From Eledone cirrhosa (lineage: Eukaryota), in NCBI GenBank assembly GCA_964016885.1, contig OZ024749.1:4154001-4218000 (forward strand): a stretch of DNA of 64,000 bases, written 5' to 3'. Both the position numbers and the translations under genes were made by a program. Below, one piece after another: positions 41,738 to 55,813 of the stretch. The notes below the pieces were generated by a model. That model saw only the letters and a program-made list of their open reading frames with translations. It was not told where the DNA came from and did no database searches. Each line of letters opens with the position of its first letter. Positions within the stretch are counted from its first letter, which is position 1.

Positions 41738-41808
41738 TATTTTATCTGATGAAAACACAAATGTTATTGCATGATGATATTTGTTTTTGAAATGCGCATA
41801 ATAAAATA
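41738..41808 (+). ncRNA. Minimal type I hammerhead ribozyme (family B; element 41678-41850)
   Basis: TATTTTAT-CTGATGA-stem II-GAAA-TGCGCA-TA-ATAAAATA. Confidence 0.85.
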
Positions 41809-42188
41809 CATGGAAATCATTTAACCATCTTTTGATCTTATATATTATATATATAAATATATATATATATCATTTTATATATCTAAATGTGTACATCATG
41901 AAAGGCTGCTATAGATCATAGTTTACATTTTAAATCGAGGCCAGTGAAACATCGGCTCATAACTAATTTTTCGATCGTATTACGATGTGCAGCATATACG
42001 CCAGAGCGCTAATCAACTAAATAATAATGGCCGTGTTTTAAAGTAGTGTGCTGTGGAAGGAAAAAAATGAAAGCTCACCTCTAGCGTCTCATATAGCAAA
42101 CGAGAAGTTCATTCGTTGAAACGACGGAGTTTAAGAATGGCTTTGTATAATTGATATATGGCGGTATTACATAATGTTAATAGATATG

Positions 42189-42847
42189 CTAGCAGAAAAA
42201 AACACCCTCGGGTGGTTTACTGCTAGCATGTGTAGTGTGTATATCGATATTATACAGAAATATATATAAATGTAGATATGATACATCAAATAAAATCCTA
42301 ATTGACAACATACACAGAAATTGAACGAAGTCTGTTACACTGTCTTTAAAAAAGACGAATTTTTATATAAACTGCATTAGGAGAAAATTAGCGACGAAAT
42401 ATATGCGATGTTTTTAAAAGTGTTATAATATAACGGCCGTTAACCGGAAGTGTTGACAGTTGAACATGTTTAAGAATCTTTGAATAAGCTGTGAAATATA
42501 TTTAATCAAGAGTCAAGAAATGTAGCACATAAATTATGTAATATTCATTCATTATTTATTCAAAGGGCGGTGGATTGGCAGTATCGGTAGAGGGTCGGAC
42601 GCCATGCTTTCCAGCATAGTTACGTCCCTTTACGATCTGAGTTCAAATCCCGCCGAGGTTGACTTTGCCTTTCATCCTTACGGGGTCGATAAAATAAAGT
42701 ACCAGTAATGCACTGTGTAATTGCTGGCCTTGTGCCTAAAGTAGAAACAATTATTTATTGAAAGTAATCCAACTTATTTTACAAACGGGGTAAAAATATA
42801 TATTCTGGACTCAGTCCCGCCCTCCTTTCTTTATTATAGTTATAAGA
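42189..42847 (-). mobile_element. Non-autonomous Helitron-like repeat containing a SINE (copy 2)
   Basis: The minus strand starts TCTTATAACTATAATAAAG and ends with hairpin AAACCACCCGAGGGTGTTT then CTAG. Confidence 0.55.
42564..42752 (+). mobile_element. tRNA-derived SINE (190-bp family), near full length
   Basis: A box TGGCAGTATCGG, B box GAGTTCAAATCC, GCCGAGGTTGACTTTGCCTTTCATCCTTACGGGGTCGATAAAATAAAGTACCAGT. Confidence 0.88.
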
Positions 42848-43768
42848 TTTTCTGTCGAAGTGTTTCTACATTCCACTGTATGCTGTAAAACATATTGTCC
42901 GACGCTCTAGCGATTCTGTCAATCGACCACTCTTATTTTCTGTCAAATGATATACTCATTGCAGCCATTGCATTGCTGTAGTCGACATCAAGACTTTATT
43001 TGATTCGACTTGGAAGGTACGGTACGACATGATACGAGAAATATTGCGCCGAGTTGTAATATTGACGTGAGTGAGTGATTCTGATTTTGATGTAAAGACA
43101 GGATTAATTATATAAACAGCTATGAGCTACTGCAAGCGAACACAATGGGGAAAATATGTTTTCAATAATAACAACAATAGAGAATATAGTGAGAAATATG
43201 CAAAGGAAAGAAAGAATTAATAATGAATAAAACTGGCATGGGAAGGTTAAAGTGGGCATTCCCCTTTACTTGTGCGTTATATCTAAATACTATCAATAGA
43301 ATCATTGCTAGGAAGAGGGAGCGGAACCCGTGGTGAGAAACATTCCATGTCACAGGCATTGTTCTATAGACGAGATGCAATAATTACAGCTAGAGGAGAA
43401 ACTGAATGATTAAATCTCAGGTAAAGTCGTTACAGGCATCAGTTGATGTTCATTCAGCATTGAAAGCAGATATATGTTAAGGTTATACCGACATTGGTAA
43501 GCAGAGTTTGGATCTGAACTGAAGGTATATATATATATATACGCCAAGGTTAGTTTAACATACACAATAGAGATCAGATGTTAAGGTCATCTCATCATAG
43601 GTATGCAGAGTTCACATCCCAACCGATATATGACAAGTTAGACTAACATACACAGAAGAGATCAGATTCTTACAAAAGGACAACTATGTGTCTCCTATGT
43701 TGACATACCCAATCAATAATCGGATAAGCAGTCTTCGTGTTAGCAAGCCTAGCCGAGCAGATAGAATG

Positions 43769-43820
<52 letters not shown>

Positions 43821-43821
43821 C

Positions 43822-43884
<63 letters not shown>

Positions 43885-43892
<8 letters not shown>

Positions 43893-46800
43893 TACTTGGG
43901 GAGGGTCATATTTGTGTAGTAATATTGCCAGAATTAATGACAGAACACACTCACTGTTTGGTTGCTTTTCGCTTCTGTGTCCTTTATATCGGTTAATTTA
44001 ATTCATTCGGTCATCAATGTTTATCATTGACTGACCAACGGTCAAAAATACAGATATAATATAAACACAAACACATATATATAGTCTACCAAAGTTCTTT
44101 CGTTGCACATCTGCAACATCGTCAGTGGTGCTATTATGTTTCCTCCTGTTCGATTGTATGCCTACGTCATCTTTATTTAGTCTGTTTATTTATTTATTCA
44201 TTTATACTTCTCTTAGGTCAGTATTGTTTGTTTGGGTGTTGTTGTTATTCCATTCATTTTTTCTGTTTAGCCTTGGCCTTCTAAGTTCTATTTCGCTGGC
44301 CTCTCTGATTTGAATATCTGCTGGATCATTTCTATGTTTATATATTATTCTAATTGTTATATTGTCTATGTTACCGTTGTGTTCTTGTCTGGCATGTACG
44401 TATAGTACTGAACCGTTTTTTCGTCCTTTTAGTTCCCCCCAGTGTTGGTCTATCCTTTCACGTATGCTACGAGCTCTCTCGCCTATGTCTCCCTTATAGA
44501 AACAATTTTTCCATCCAGCTGACAAAACATATAAGATGGGTAATATTTATCCTACGGGGTTACCCTTTAATAAAGGTGTCTGTATACCACAACAAATAGA
44601 TGACAAGACAGAGGCACAGTTCCCCATAGCAAGAAATAAGATTAGACAAATAGTAGACCGGTATACTAAGAGACAAAGCAAACCAGAGAAAACCTGTAGA
44701 AGGATTGGTTAGCCTCCAGCAGCGCGCAAGGGATGGTGAAGTAGTATGTCTACCCACGGGTAAGTCTGCTAGGATGTCAATAGACAGCATGCCTAACTAC
44801 ATTAAGGCTATGCAAACCCGCATCACCAACATCCTAAAGCCAAGCAGACGCACTGCCAACAACATCCAGGCGTCCAACAATGGCATACCACCCTTGTATG
44901 GGCTCCGCAAAAACCATAAGACAGTCGACGACCCGACAACAGTACTACCAACAAGACGTGTATGCGGAGCAAATATAGCTATCAACTACAGGATCTCATA
45001 CTTCCTCTCAATGCTTATACGCCCCATAATCAAGATGTCCCCAGATGTATGTGACACTACAGAGGACCTCCTCAGCAGATTCAATGAGTGCAACAAAAAT
45101 AGGAACCTATCCAACTGCAACAATAGGCAGTATGAATGTGGTATCACTCTACCCATCCATTGACATTGATTTTGCTGTGGGAAAATGTATGAAGATGATC
45201 ATTGAGAGTGAGGTGGAGTTCTGCGACGTCGACACATGCGAACTGAGCCTCCTACTTAGACTTACCTATGACCCTGACTACCTAGACAGCCATGACCTTA
45301 GACGTTTCTGCCCGCCCCAAGTGACGCAGAAGAGGTAGAACCCCCACCATAACCCCAATGGCAAAAATGTCTTCCATGGGAAGGTGGATTGGGTGTACCA
45401 AAGCTATACGTACCCCCCAAAACAATGATCAGGTAAGAAAAATGGTCGCACATGCAATAGAGGCTAATATCAAAACTACCCCAAAGGGCGACATATTAAA
45501 ATTCAACGAGAAGATCTACACCCAAAATGAGGGAGTAGCCATTGGCGTCAGCATAGCTGGTGACGTTGCCAACCTTTTTATTTATGGTGGCAAAGGCAAC
45601 TCAAAGTTCTCCTTGATGCGAGCCCCATAAACCTCGCCATGTACTCTCGTTACGTAGACGACATCAATATAGTAATAAGGACATCCCCACAAGAGAGTAC
45701 TAACAAGTTTGATTTAGAATGTAGCACAATGGAAAGCATCCAGCAGATAGCTAATTCCATATATCAGAGTATAACTGTAACTAGCGACTACCCTTCCAAA
45801 CACCCTAACAATAGACTATCTGTATTAGGCACGGATCTCTGGATTAACTCTATAGACGAGAGAGCCCAAATTCTTCACTCACACTACGCTAAACCCATGT
45901 CCTTCAAATACCTGATACTCAAAAACTCAGCAATGTCAAGTAGTGCTAAGTTTAATATTCTGATCACAGACTTGGTACGAGTGATGAAGAACGTGCCCCG
46001 CATGTGCGATCCAACAGAAATGGAAAGACACATCCAAAACTTCATCAACCGCATGCAGTTCTGTGGCTACAACCAAAGAGACATAATCAGAGTATACGAA
46101 GGAGCCACGGAGAAGTATAAGACCCTCATAGAACTGGACATGAACGGAATTTGCCCATTATACAGGAGCAAATCATGGAATAACTTAGATAGGACTAGAC
46201 ATAATATAGGGAAAGCCACCTCATGGTACGACAACCGGAGATACCAGAGTGTCATGTTTGCGGACGCTACCCCTGGAGGGAAATTAGCTAACCAGTGTAG
46301 AAAGACCCTGAGAAAGACCCACTTAAAGATCAAAGTGGTAGAAAAGACAGGAACCACCATAACATCCCTGATCAGCAAAACCTACCCTTTTAAGAAAACC
46401 CTCTGTACCAATAGGAAATGTATTATATGTAAGGTAAACCCCGAATAAACTGTGAAACTAGAAACGTAGTCTATAGCATAAGATGTACAGAGGGTACTTG
46501 CAGAAAAATGACAACAACATACATAGGCCAGAGCGCTCGTAGCATAGGTGAAAGGATAGGCCAACACGGGGGGGGGGGGGGCGAAAAAACGGGTCAGTAC
46601 TATACGAACATGCCAGACAACACCACGACGGTATCAAAGACAACATAGAAATTAGAATAATATCTAAACATAGAAATAACCCAGCAGATAGGCAAATCAG
46701 AGAGGCCAGCGAAATAGAACTTAGAAGGCCAAGGCTAAACAGAAAAAATGAATGGAATAACAACAACACCCAAACAAACAATACTGACTTAAGAGAAGTA

Positions 46801-47251
46801 TAAATAAATAAATACATACACAAGCACAATAACAACAAACACATATAAACACACACTAGTAAACTAAGATAGAATACAATAACCAATACACAGTCACCCA
46901 AACACATATCAAACACTATACACATACGCAATCGCATGCGCAGAGAAGACAAAATAAATAAATAAATAAATAAACAGACTAAATAAAGATGGCGTAGGCA
47001 TACAATACAACAGGAGGAAACATAATTATGCAACGAAAGAACTTTGTTAGACTATATATATGTGTTTGTGTCTATATTATATCTGTATGTTTGACCGTTG
47101 GTCAGTCATTGGTAACATTGAGGACCGAATAAATTAAATTAGCCGATATACAGGACACAGAAGCGAAAACCAACCAAACAGTGAGTGTGTTCTGTTATTA
47201 ATTCTGACAATATTATTACACAAATAGGACTCTCCCCAAGTATAACAATAT
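43885..47251 (+). mobile_element. Decayed Penelope-like element (RT plus GIY-YIG, frameshifted) with inverted 5' copy of its 3' end
   Basis: PPLYGLRKNHK..PTRRVCGA, SMNVVSLYPSID, GVAIGVSIAGDVANLF, YSRYVDD, HYAKPM, C..RKCIIC, ARS..ER..QH, REASEI..LNRKNEW. 43885-44490 is inverted relative to 46520-47251. Confidence 0.92.
44088..44129 (-). ncRNA. Ultra-minimal type I hammerhead in inverted pLTR
   Basis: Minus: ACCA-CTGACGA-tGTTGCAgatgTGCAAC-GAAA-GaaC-TT-TGGT. Confidence 0.7.
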
Positions 47252-47306
47252 TTGTTTCGACACACGATCCATATAAAAAACCTCGCAAAACTATATATAT
47301 ATATAC

Positions 47307-47405
<99 letters not shown>

Positions 47406-48255
47406 GTATATACATATGAATATATGTGTGTGTGAGTGTGTGTGTGTGCCTGTGTACATACATATCGAGAGAGAACGTGTGAAAAAGAGAGAGTGAGATA
47501 TACATACATATGCAACTCTAATTTTTTTCATAGCATTCCGATGCACAACATGTGGCTAACTGTGTATTAAAAATATATTAAGTGAAATATATTTGAAATA
47601 AATTTCTAGTTATTGCCTTTGATGTTGAAAATTTGTCTCGGGGAATATTGAATTGTAGCTTCTGACTGAAAGCGACTGCCGAGCCAAATTCAATACTTTT
47701 AAAAGCTTGCAGTCATGTCGGCTGCCAGAACCTCATTAGTAGAAAAGTGTTACGTTAGCCAGTGTAAGTAAAACAATCTGACGTAATACTGATGAAAAAT
47801 GCATTGGTAGCTGATCTGTGACACTGCGTTCTGAGTTTATATCCCTTCGATGTCTATATTAAATTCCCCCACTATGATGGCGATTCATTGAGAAAATATA
47901 GCCACCCCATAGACTCCTCCTCTCATTTAGTTCTCTGAAACAATTAGGTCGTGTTCATAGATAGGTATGTGATACACCAAGTATTAGATGCTCCAGATTC
48001 GCCGTGTCAAGACAAAGCTTAGATTACTTCCCAAGGGACCTAAAAATGAACATTTAAAATCTGTAGATTTACATTTCAATCGTCGTTGTGAAAAGTCGGC
48101 AATAAGATATTCCATAATTTTCTATTCTTTTTCACTTTAGTTTGGCTAAATGTAACTCCGCATTGTTGGTGTAACGGGTTGCGAGGTTTCAGTCGAATAT
48201 CTCAACACACAATCCGTCAATCCTATTGGCTCACATATTTAGTATTACATATAAT

Positions 48256-48442
48256 TGTTTCTATTTTAGGCACAAGGCCAGCACTTACCCAGTACATTAC
48301 TGGTACTTTATTTTATCGACCCCGTAAGGATAAAAGGCACAGTTAACCTCGGCGGGATTTGAACTCGGATCATAAAAGAACGTAGCTCTATGCTTCAAAG
48401 CATGGTGTCCGAATCTCTACCGAAACCGCCAATCCACCGCCC
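48256..48442 (-). mobile_element. SINE (190-bp family) with 18-bp TSD
   Basis: TSD TTTAGTATTACATATAAT at 48238-48255 and 48443-48460. Confidence 0.9.
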
Positions 48443-48957
48443 TTTAGTATTACATATAATGAATACTATCAGCCGTCATTACATACCTTAATTTTACATT
48501 CAATCATTCCAATTGAAACACATTACATAAGTGACTATTTCGCACAATAACACATATCAGCCCACATTAAATGTTTTAGTATTACATAAAATCTCTTATT
48601 GTCACACATTACATATTTTAGTAATACATACAACCCCTCCTATCTCCCCACATATTTTATTATGGAGCGTTTGTAATAGATTTTCTGAAATTTCGGATTT
48701 AAATTTCGGATTTAAAGGAAATGCGACTCATCACTAGTATATATAGGTTGATATTAGCATATGGAGTTATAAAGGTACACAGTCTCTGCATATATTAATA
48801 ACTGTTCAGGATGGGGAACTCAGGAACAGAAAGTACTGGTTTTGCTCGGCTCTTGGCAGTTTCAAACCTGTTCTTCCCATTATTTCAAGTCCCTACAACT
48901 TCTCCCATAATTTTATGAGAACGTTCCACTCTCTCTCCTTCTCTCTCTCTCTCTATC

Positions 48958-49047
<90 letters not shown>

Positions 49048-49069
49048 TTTCACTCTCTCTCTCTCTATG

Positions 49070-49105
<36 letters not shown>

Positions 49106-49144
49106 TATATGTAAATGTGTATATAGATATATATATATATATAT

Positions 49145-50878
49145 ATTTATTAAAATAACAGATTAACGGGAACTTCTGAAACTAACAAAGTCAATCTGTA
49201 AACGCAGAACTGGATATTTCAAAAAACGTTGCAACCGAAGGAAGACAGGAAGACAATACTTTGGTTCGTGGTAACGTTCGCTGGCGAAGAACGGGAAAAA
49301 ACGAATAATACGTCATTAATAGGAGCGGTGAAAAACAATTACGCGCAAAGACAAAACCACGTTATGGTATAAAAGAGGTCGTAGACTAATGTTCTCTTAG
49401 GTGGTGCATAGAGACGTTCTCTGGCAATGAACGAAAAAACGAAGATAATAAGTCATATGTGGAGCGTGGAGAACAATAGCACGCAAAGACAAAACCACGT
49501 AAATGGTATAGCAGAAATCGTAGACTAAAATTCTAACTAGGAGACCAAATGAATCTCTGCTACAGGGTTAAGAACAAAGTAAATAAATACAATACAGAAG
49601 TAATAGAAACAAATAAGTACATACACGCAAACAGATACCTACATGCACAAGCATACGCAAAACCTTACCATGGGTATACAAAACCACGCACATATAAATA
49701 TGTGTGTGTGTGTATGCTTGTGTAAAAATAAATAAATAATTATATAGACGTATATAAGTAAATAAATACGTGTATAACAAGCGCACACGCATTCCTGCAT
49801 ATAAATACACGAATGTTCGGAGACGTAAGTCAACTAAAACAAGAAGTACACATATACACACACCCACCATACGTACGAACCTGCACACTCACGCGGACGC
49901 AAAACTCCCGTATACACATAGCCAAACCCTAAATACCAGAATATGTAAAAATTATACGCTATAACAGTAAAATATACGTACGAGAAGGTATACATACCTT
50001 CACAAAACATACGGATAATATATACTTAACTATGCAAATAAGTAAAGGAATAAACAAAACATATACTTAGCTCCCACATCAAGACGTAAAATATCCACGT
50101 ATAGATCGTGCTATCCGTTAGGGTATAACGTGGGGCTGTAATACAGGAAAGTTTTGTGCAATTTATGTTTACAAGCCGAAATTGCCTCAGATTTTTTGTT
50201 TAAGATGTGGTCTGTAGCGTAGAATATTTCCAGGGCCTCAGCGGCGCAGATGTCACATGGTCTTTTATTTCCGTTATACGATCTAGCCCTAGCTAGGATC
50301 TCCCAGTGTAACTTATATTGGGTGTGGTTGTCTTTTAGACTCCAGATATAAGCTGAAAGTGACGTCATATTCCTTCTTAGAGGGCAACGAAAAGAATGGG
50401 TATGCATGTAAAGACGCTGCTTGAAACTATTGGCAGTTAACCCTATGTAGGCCCTACGGGACGTGGGTGTTACAACCTTACATTTGTAGACAATGTTACT
50501 AGAGAGGCATTTCCCGGATAGGGGCAATCAGCCCGATTCCTACAATTACAGTTAGTACTAACTACAGGGTTGCACGTGTTCCTACGGCTAGGTAGTTTAG
50601 CTAAATTTGAAGCTGTGATGTTATGTGCAATGTTAGGAGTCGTAGAGTAAGAAATGTTAATAGTATTTCTATTAAACATTTTACGATATTTATGTGTAGG
50701 GGGAAATGCTTCGTAATAAGGGAAAGAAAGATCTTAGCTAATGGTGTGGCCACCTCCATATTATATGGTGGGTTAAACCAACAAATGCGACGGGATCTAT
50801 TTCTTCTAGGTCTATTTTCGTACTCTGTATATGCTACCTTATCGACAAATCCACTTCGAGCAAGAGCTTCATTGTAAT
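49145..50878 (-). mobile_element. 5'-truncated Hydra-type PLE (thumb plus GIY-YIG, one frameshift, about 1-kb 3' region) between (TA)n tracts
   Basis: WFNPPY, KHFP.HHKY, ISYSTTPN, CNCRNRADC/PLSGKCL, IVY..AYIGLTANSFKQRLYMH, CDICAAE, LNKKSE..CKH. Confidence 0.9.
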
Positions 50879-50968
50879 ATATATATATATATATATGTAT
50901 TTATTGACATTGGATTTTAAAAACATTTTTGTTTTTAAAATCCAATGTCAATAAATATATCTGGATTT

Positions 50969-51029
50969 TTTCTTTCTGAGGATTGAAAGCAAAATTTGTT
51001 TGCTTTTGAGAAACCACTGGTAAATGAAA
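50969..51029 (+). ncRNA. Type I hammerhead ribozyme
   Basis: TTTCTTT-CTGAGGA-ttGAAAGCAAA..TTTGCTTTTga-GAAA-CCactGG-TA-AATGAAA. The 3' half recurs inverted at 41232-41290. A 62-bp palindrome (50897-50958) precedes it. Confidence 0.75.
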
Positions 51030-51054
51030 TAATTGCCTTATGTTGTTTATTACA

Positions 51055-51097
<43 letters not shown>

Positions 51098-51479
51098 CAT
51101 GTGTGTTTGTCTGTATGTGTATATATATGAAGTTATATATGTTGTTGATACGCTTATATATCTATGTAAGAGTATACATGGATGTGCGTATAGATGCACG
51201 CATGTGGTTTTATGTGTGAGTGTATATATACATATATATATATATAATTGTATGTGTTTATATATATATTTTTTCTTTATAAGATGTTATTTTAACTTAG
51301 CTTCAATCTCATTTCTAATAGATAACAATTTCATAAATTATATACAAAACATAATTATTTTATCTGATAAACTGGCTGGAAGTTTCTGTAAGAATGTTCT
51401 ACTTTGTTGAAACCTTTTGTAATGGAATAATTATATTGTGTTGATTATTATGTAATTATATATATATATATTAGTAAAA

Positions 51480-53930
51480 AGGAAAAAAAAATGCTGACAA
51501 ATTTCTCCCAGTGAAACATAGTTTAATTAGGAATAAGTATAAATTAGTAATACGTATTAGTTAGTATTCAGTTTTAGTTTTAACTTTTTACCGGTTGCGC
51601 ATTTCTAATGCTTTTCAAAAATAATTTTGAGATAGAGTGCTCATGATTTTTACTCGAATCTGATCAGTTTGGGAAATTATTCCTGTTTTATGTGAAAAAT
51701 GTGGCTTGGGAAGTATTAAGATTTGGTTGGTTGTTGAATGTCACGTGAATAAGCACTATAAAATCGCGCCAATACGTGTTGCAAACATTCTTGTAGTCAA
51801 AACAATTTTTGATTGGTCGGTAAATGTTAAAATTGATTTTAGCGCGAATTGGTTTGGCGCCAAATGTAGGTTTGTCGAAGAGTGTCCTTTTCCGCTCAAT
51901 TGAGTTCCAGTCATGTTGAGAAGTCACTGAAAAATGTCTCTTCAGACGAATATGTGTGTGTGTGTGTAGTAAAGTGGTTCATTGTCGTGATAATGGTCAG
52001 TAGGAATATGTGTATGTACGTGTGTGAGTTGCAGTCATGTTGAAAGGTCAACAGTTCAGGTGTCTATTAATATGTGTGTGTAGGGGGGCGGATTTAAATA
52101 TGTTGAATCATATTGTTCAGCTCTTGTATTATACGGAGAAGTGTGTGTGTTTGTGTGTAAGGTCCGTCTGTATGTTAGTGTACGCGTGTGTATGTGTGTG
52201 TGTGTGTGTATGTCTGTGTGGATGGACCAGTATTTTTGTGGTACTGGTAAAAATGGCGTACATTATTCGATATTTCTCAGTCATTTGCAAAAACGATTCT
52301 CTCAAAAGAACATCAATAACATCAATAATAAAAGATGTGAAATGATGTATAGTATTGTCATAACACCAAGGTTGTGTGAGTCCAGATTGTACGTACTGCC
52401 GTATGGGATACTTGTGTACAAATATGTATGTCCCCATCAATGTACAAAACATGTGTGCGTATGTGTATGTGTGCGTGTCGGCACGTGTATATCTATAAAC
52501 ATCAGAAGGTGTGCGAATTTGTGTATATTTGTGTTGCACCATAGGACATGTGTGTTTACGTATGTCATTGTGTTTATATGTGGATAGAAATGTATATAGG
52601 AAGTATGCTGATGTAGGTATGTATGACAACGTGTGTATGTTGTGGGTTCGTCTTAGGAAGAAGTGTTTAGACGGGGTCCGTATTTGTTAATGAAGTGAGA
52701 TTCCTTGCTGATGCGCTGGGTGTGGGTGGCATTATCTTTAAATTTGTAGAGGGGAAAGATTCTACAGTTGGGATGATTTGGAGCGGCACAGGTATCAATG
52801 TGTTCACTCAGTGGTATTTTCCTGTATTCCCGTATTTTCATTTAGGATCTATGGACAGTCATGCGTTGGCGGAGGCTGTTTTTGGTTTGGCATATGTATT
52901 GTTCTCGACAACCTGAGCAAGTTAATACATATATTAGGTTCTCTGATGCGCATATGAAATTGTGTTTTACTATAAAACGTTGTCCTTGTTTGAAATAGAA
53001 TTCCGAACCCTCTATTAGGTTGATGCATATGCCACAGTTGGGTCTATCGAATTTTTTTACTGTGGGTTTCGTTGTTGTGGTTGGCAGTACTTTAGCATGT
53101 GTTAGGATGTTTTTCATTGGCTTAGATTGTCTTTTGCTCTATATGATATCGTGTGTTCGAAGGATTTGGTTCATTCGATGGTCATTTTTTTAACAAAGGG
53201 GTGTTCTGGAAGATGGTGTCAAAGGCCTCATTGTTGAGGAGGTTTTGTGTGGAGATGTATGGAAGAGCATTTAGTTTCGGTTGATTTACTTTAGGGTGTC
53301 TAATGTCCTGGGTACTGAGTTTTAGGGCACGTTGGATTCCATTGTCAATTAGTGATGCAGGGTAGTCCCTTCCTATGAGTGTGTCCTTTAGTTCTTGTAG
53401 CCGTAAGTAGCAGGTGTTTTTATTGGAGACTATAGTACATATTCTCTTGGCTAAGTTGTAGGGAATATTAATTTTAACGTGTCAAGGGTGGCATGAATTG
53501 AAAGGAAGATATTGCTTGGAGTCCGTGGACTTGTAGAATATGTATGTTTCTATTTTTTTTTGTTATGAATCTTAATGAGGAAGGGGAGTTGTTTATGGCC
53601 GTATTCCATTGCAAAATTAATATTCGTGTTGAGCCCATTGATAAGGGTGTGAAATTCTTTAAGTTTCTCGATGTTTTCGTGCCAAAGGATGAAGAGGTCA
53701 TCTAGATATCTCTTCCATTTCTTTTCTATGTAAGTGGAGAGTGAGTCCAATTATTTTAGTACTTTTAGTGTCGAGGGTGATTCCCAGGTATCCCATGACT
53801 AGATTGGCATAAGTGGGGGCCGTTTTCGTTCACATAGCGGTCCAGATTTCAACCTGTAGAATTTGTTATTGAAAACGAGGTAATTATTATCCAATATAAA
53901 TTTGAGTCCTTTTACTAATATATCACAACT
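51480..53930 (-). mobile_element. Decayed Neptune-like PLE (RT plus GIY-YIG) with long 3' region
   Basis: Minus: TAM..KTAPTYANLVMGYL, WKRYLDD, NIPYNLAKRICTIVS, NCGIC, NLIYVLTCSGCREQYICQT..LRQRMTVHR, ESHFI..P.LN. Confidence 0.88.
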
Positions 53931-53946
53931 CCCGTGTCACACCTCC

Positions 53947-54052
<106 letters not shown>

Positions 54053-54082
54053 AGATCAAAAGATGGTTAAAATAGTTGCAAG

Positions 54083-54153
54083 TATTTTATTATGCGCATT
54101 TCAAAAACAAATATCATCATGAGATGATATCTGCGTTTTCATCAGATAAAATA
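54083..54153 (-). ncRNA. Minimal type I hammerhead (family B)
   Basis: Minus: TATTTTAT-CTGATGA-..-GAAA-TGCGCA-TA-ATAAAATA. Confidence 0.85.
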
Positions 54154-54260
54154 GGGATACATGATAGGAAGGTTAAAAAACACTTGTGAATAGTGAAATA
54201 TTAAATCAACATATTCTTCACTACTCACAAGTGTTTTTTAAACTTCATATCATGTATCCC

Positions 54261-54331
54261 TATTTTATCTGATGAAAACGCTGATAGCATCTCATGATGA
54301 TATTTGTTTTTGAAATGCGCATAATAAAATA
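54261..54331 (+). ncRNA. Minimal type I hammerhead (family B)
   Basis: TATTTTAT-CTGATGA-..-GAAA-TGCGCA-TA-ATAAAATA. Confidence 0.85.
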
Positions 54332-54477
54332 CTTGGAACTCTTTTAACCATCTTATGATCTTATATTATTTATACTACAGTCCTACAAATTGTAGAGTGC
54401 TACTTATCCGATATTTGCATTGCTTTATTGTACTTCAATAAAACTGTAATGAAGGAGTAACCAATCGTCCTTGTTAT

Positions 54478-54995
54478 CCCAGTGTATTACTGGTTCTTTA
54501 TTTTATCGACCCCGGCGACATTTGAACTCAGATCATAGAGAGCGGTAACTCTTTGCTGCAAAGCATGGTGTCCGACCCTCTACCGATACGGCCAATCCAC
54601 CGCCCTTATATATATATAATTGTTTCTACTTTAGACACAAGGCAAACAATTACCGAGTGCATTACTGGTACTTTATTTTATCGACCCCGTAAGAATGAAA
54701 GGCAAAGTCAACCTCGGCGGTATTTGAACTCAGAACGTAAAGGGACGTAACTCTGCTGGAAATCATGGCGTCTGACCCTCTACCGATACTGCCAATTCAC
54801 TTATATATATATAATTGTTTCTACTTTAGACACAAGGCAAACAATTACCGAGTGCATTACTGGTACTTTATTTTATCGACCCCGTAAGAATGAAAGGCAA
54901 AGTCAACCTCGGCGGTATTTGAACTCAGAACGTAAAGCGACGTAACTCTGCTGGAAATCATGGCGTCTGACCCTCTACCGATACTGCCAATTCAC
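54478..54995 (-). mobile_element. Three head-to-tail SINEs (190-bp family); the last two are near identical
   Basis: 54478-54606 (internally deleted), 54618-54800 and 54812-54995, separated by short (TA) spacers. Confidence 0.9.
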
Positions 54996-55813
54996 TTATA
55001 TATATATAATTTTGTATGTATAGGTGTATGCCCAGTTATATATACAGAGAGAGAGAAACAATAAACAGAGAGGATTCTTTGGCAACTCCCAGGATAAAAG
55101 ATCGGCTATCTAGTACATATCAATACTGAATATATATTGTATATATACATATATACTCCTTCTCGTGTTGGATATTCGTGCTCATGTGTACTGTGTATAG
55201 TAAGCGTCACTCAGAGTTCTGTTAAGTGTAAGACCATATAAACTCTTACATGTTTCTGATATAGTATATACATTAAACAGTCTATTTCTATAAAGATCAA
55301 TACAGATATATGTATATGTGTGTTATTCATAGACGTATCTGTTTCAATGTGTCCATCATATCATCGTATGCTCATTGATGTGTATAGATATAATAGTTTG
55401 TTTTCTCTCTATCATAGTACAAAGAAATTATAATAGAAGACTATGAAAATATCTTAGTACAATGAGTAAATATGTTTGAATTAAACCAGTGAGTGGAAAC
55501 AGTTGATATAAGTTGTGAAGTAATGTGCATGTCCATGTCACTTCCATTCATCTCTTCTATCAAGCTGTAGACTCTTACGTAATTACTCGTTTCATTCGTC
55601 TGTAATAGATTGTCTCTTTTCTATTTAAATTACGATGAAGACATACCCCCGCCCCTCACACACACGCTCAAACATACACATACACGAACTCACACGTACA
55701 AACGTACATTGTGTGTGTATATATACTCATTCTATAATGAGTATATATACTCATTCTATCCATCTACCTATATATATATATATACAGTATATATATATAC
55801 ATATATATATAGA

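Noticed and set aside
42564-42660. tRNA gene
   Set aside because: A and B boxes belong to a multi-copy SINE head; no cloverleaf
51585-51950. Hammerhead with about 340-nt stem II (CTGAAGA at about 51945, GCAACCGGTA at about 51595, minus)
   Set aside because: GAAA is mutated and stem I does not pair
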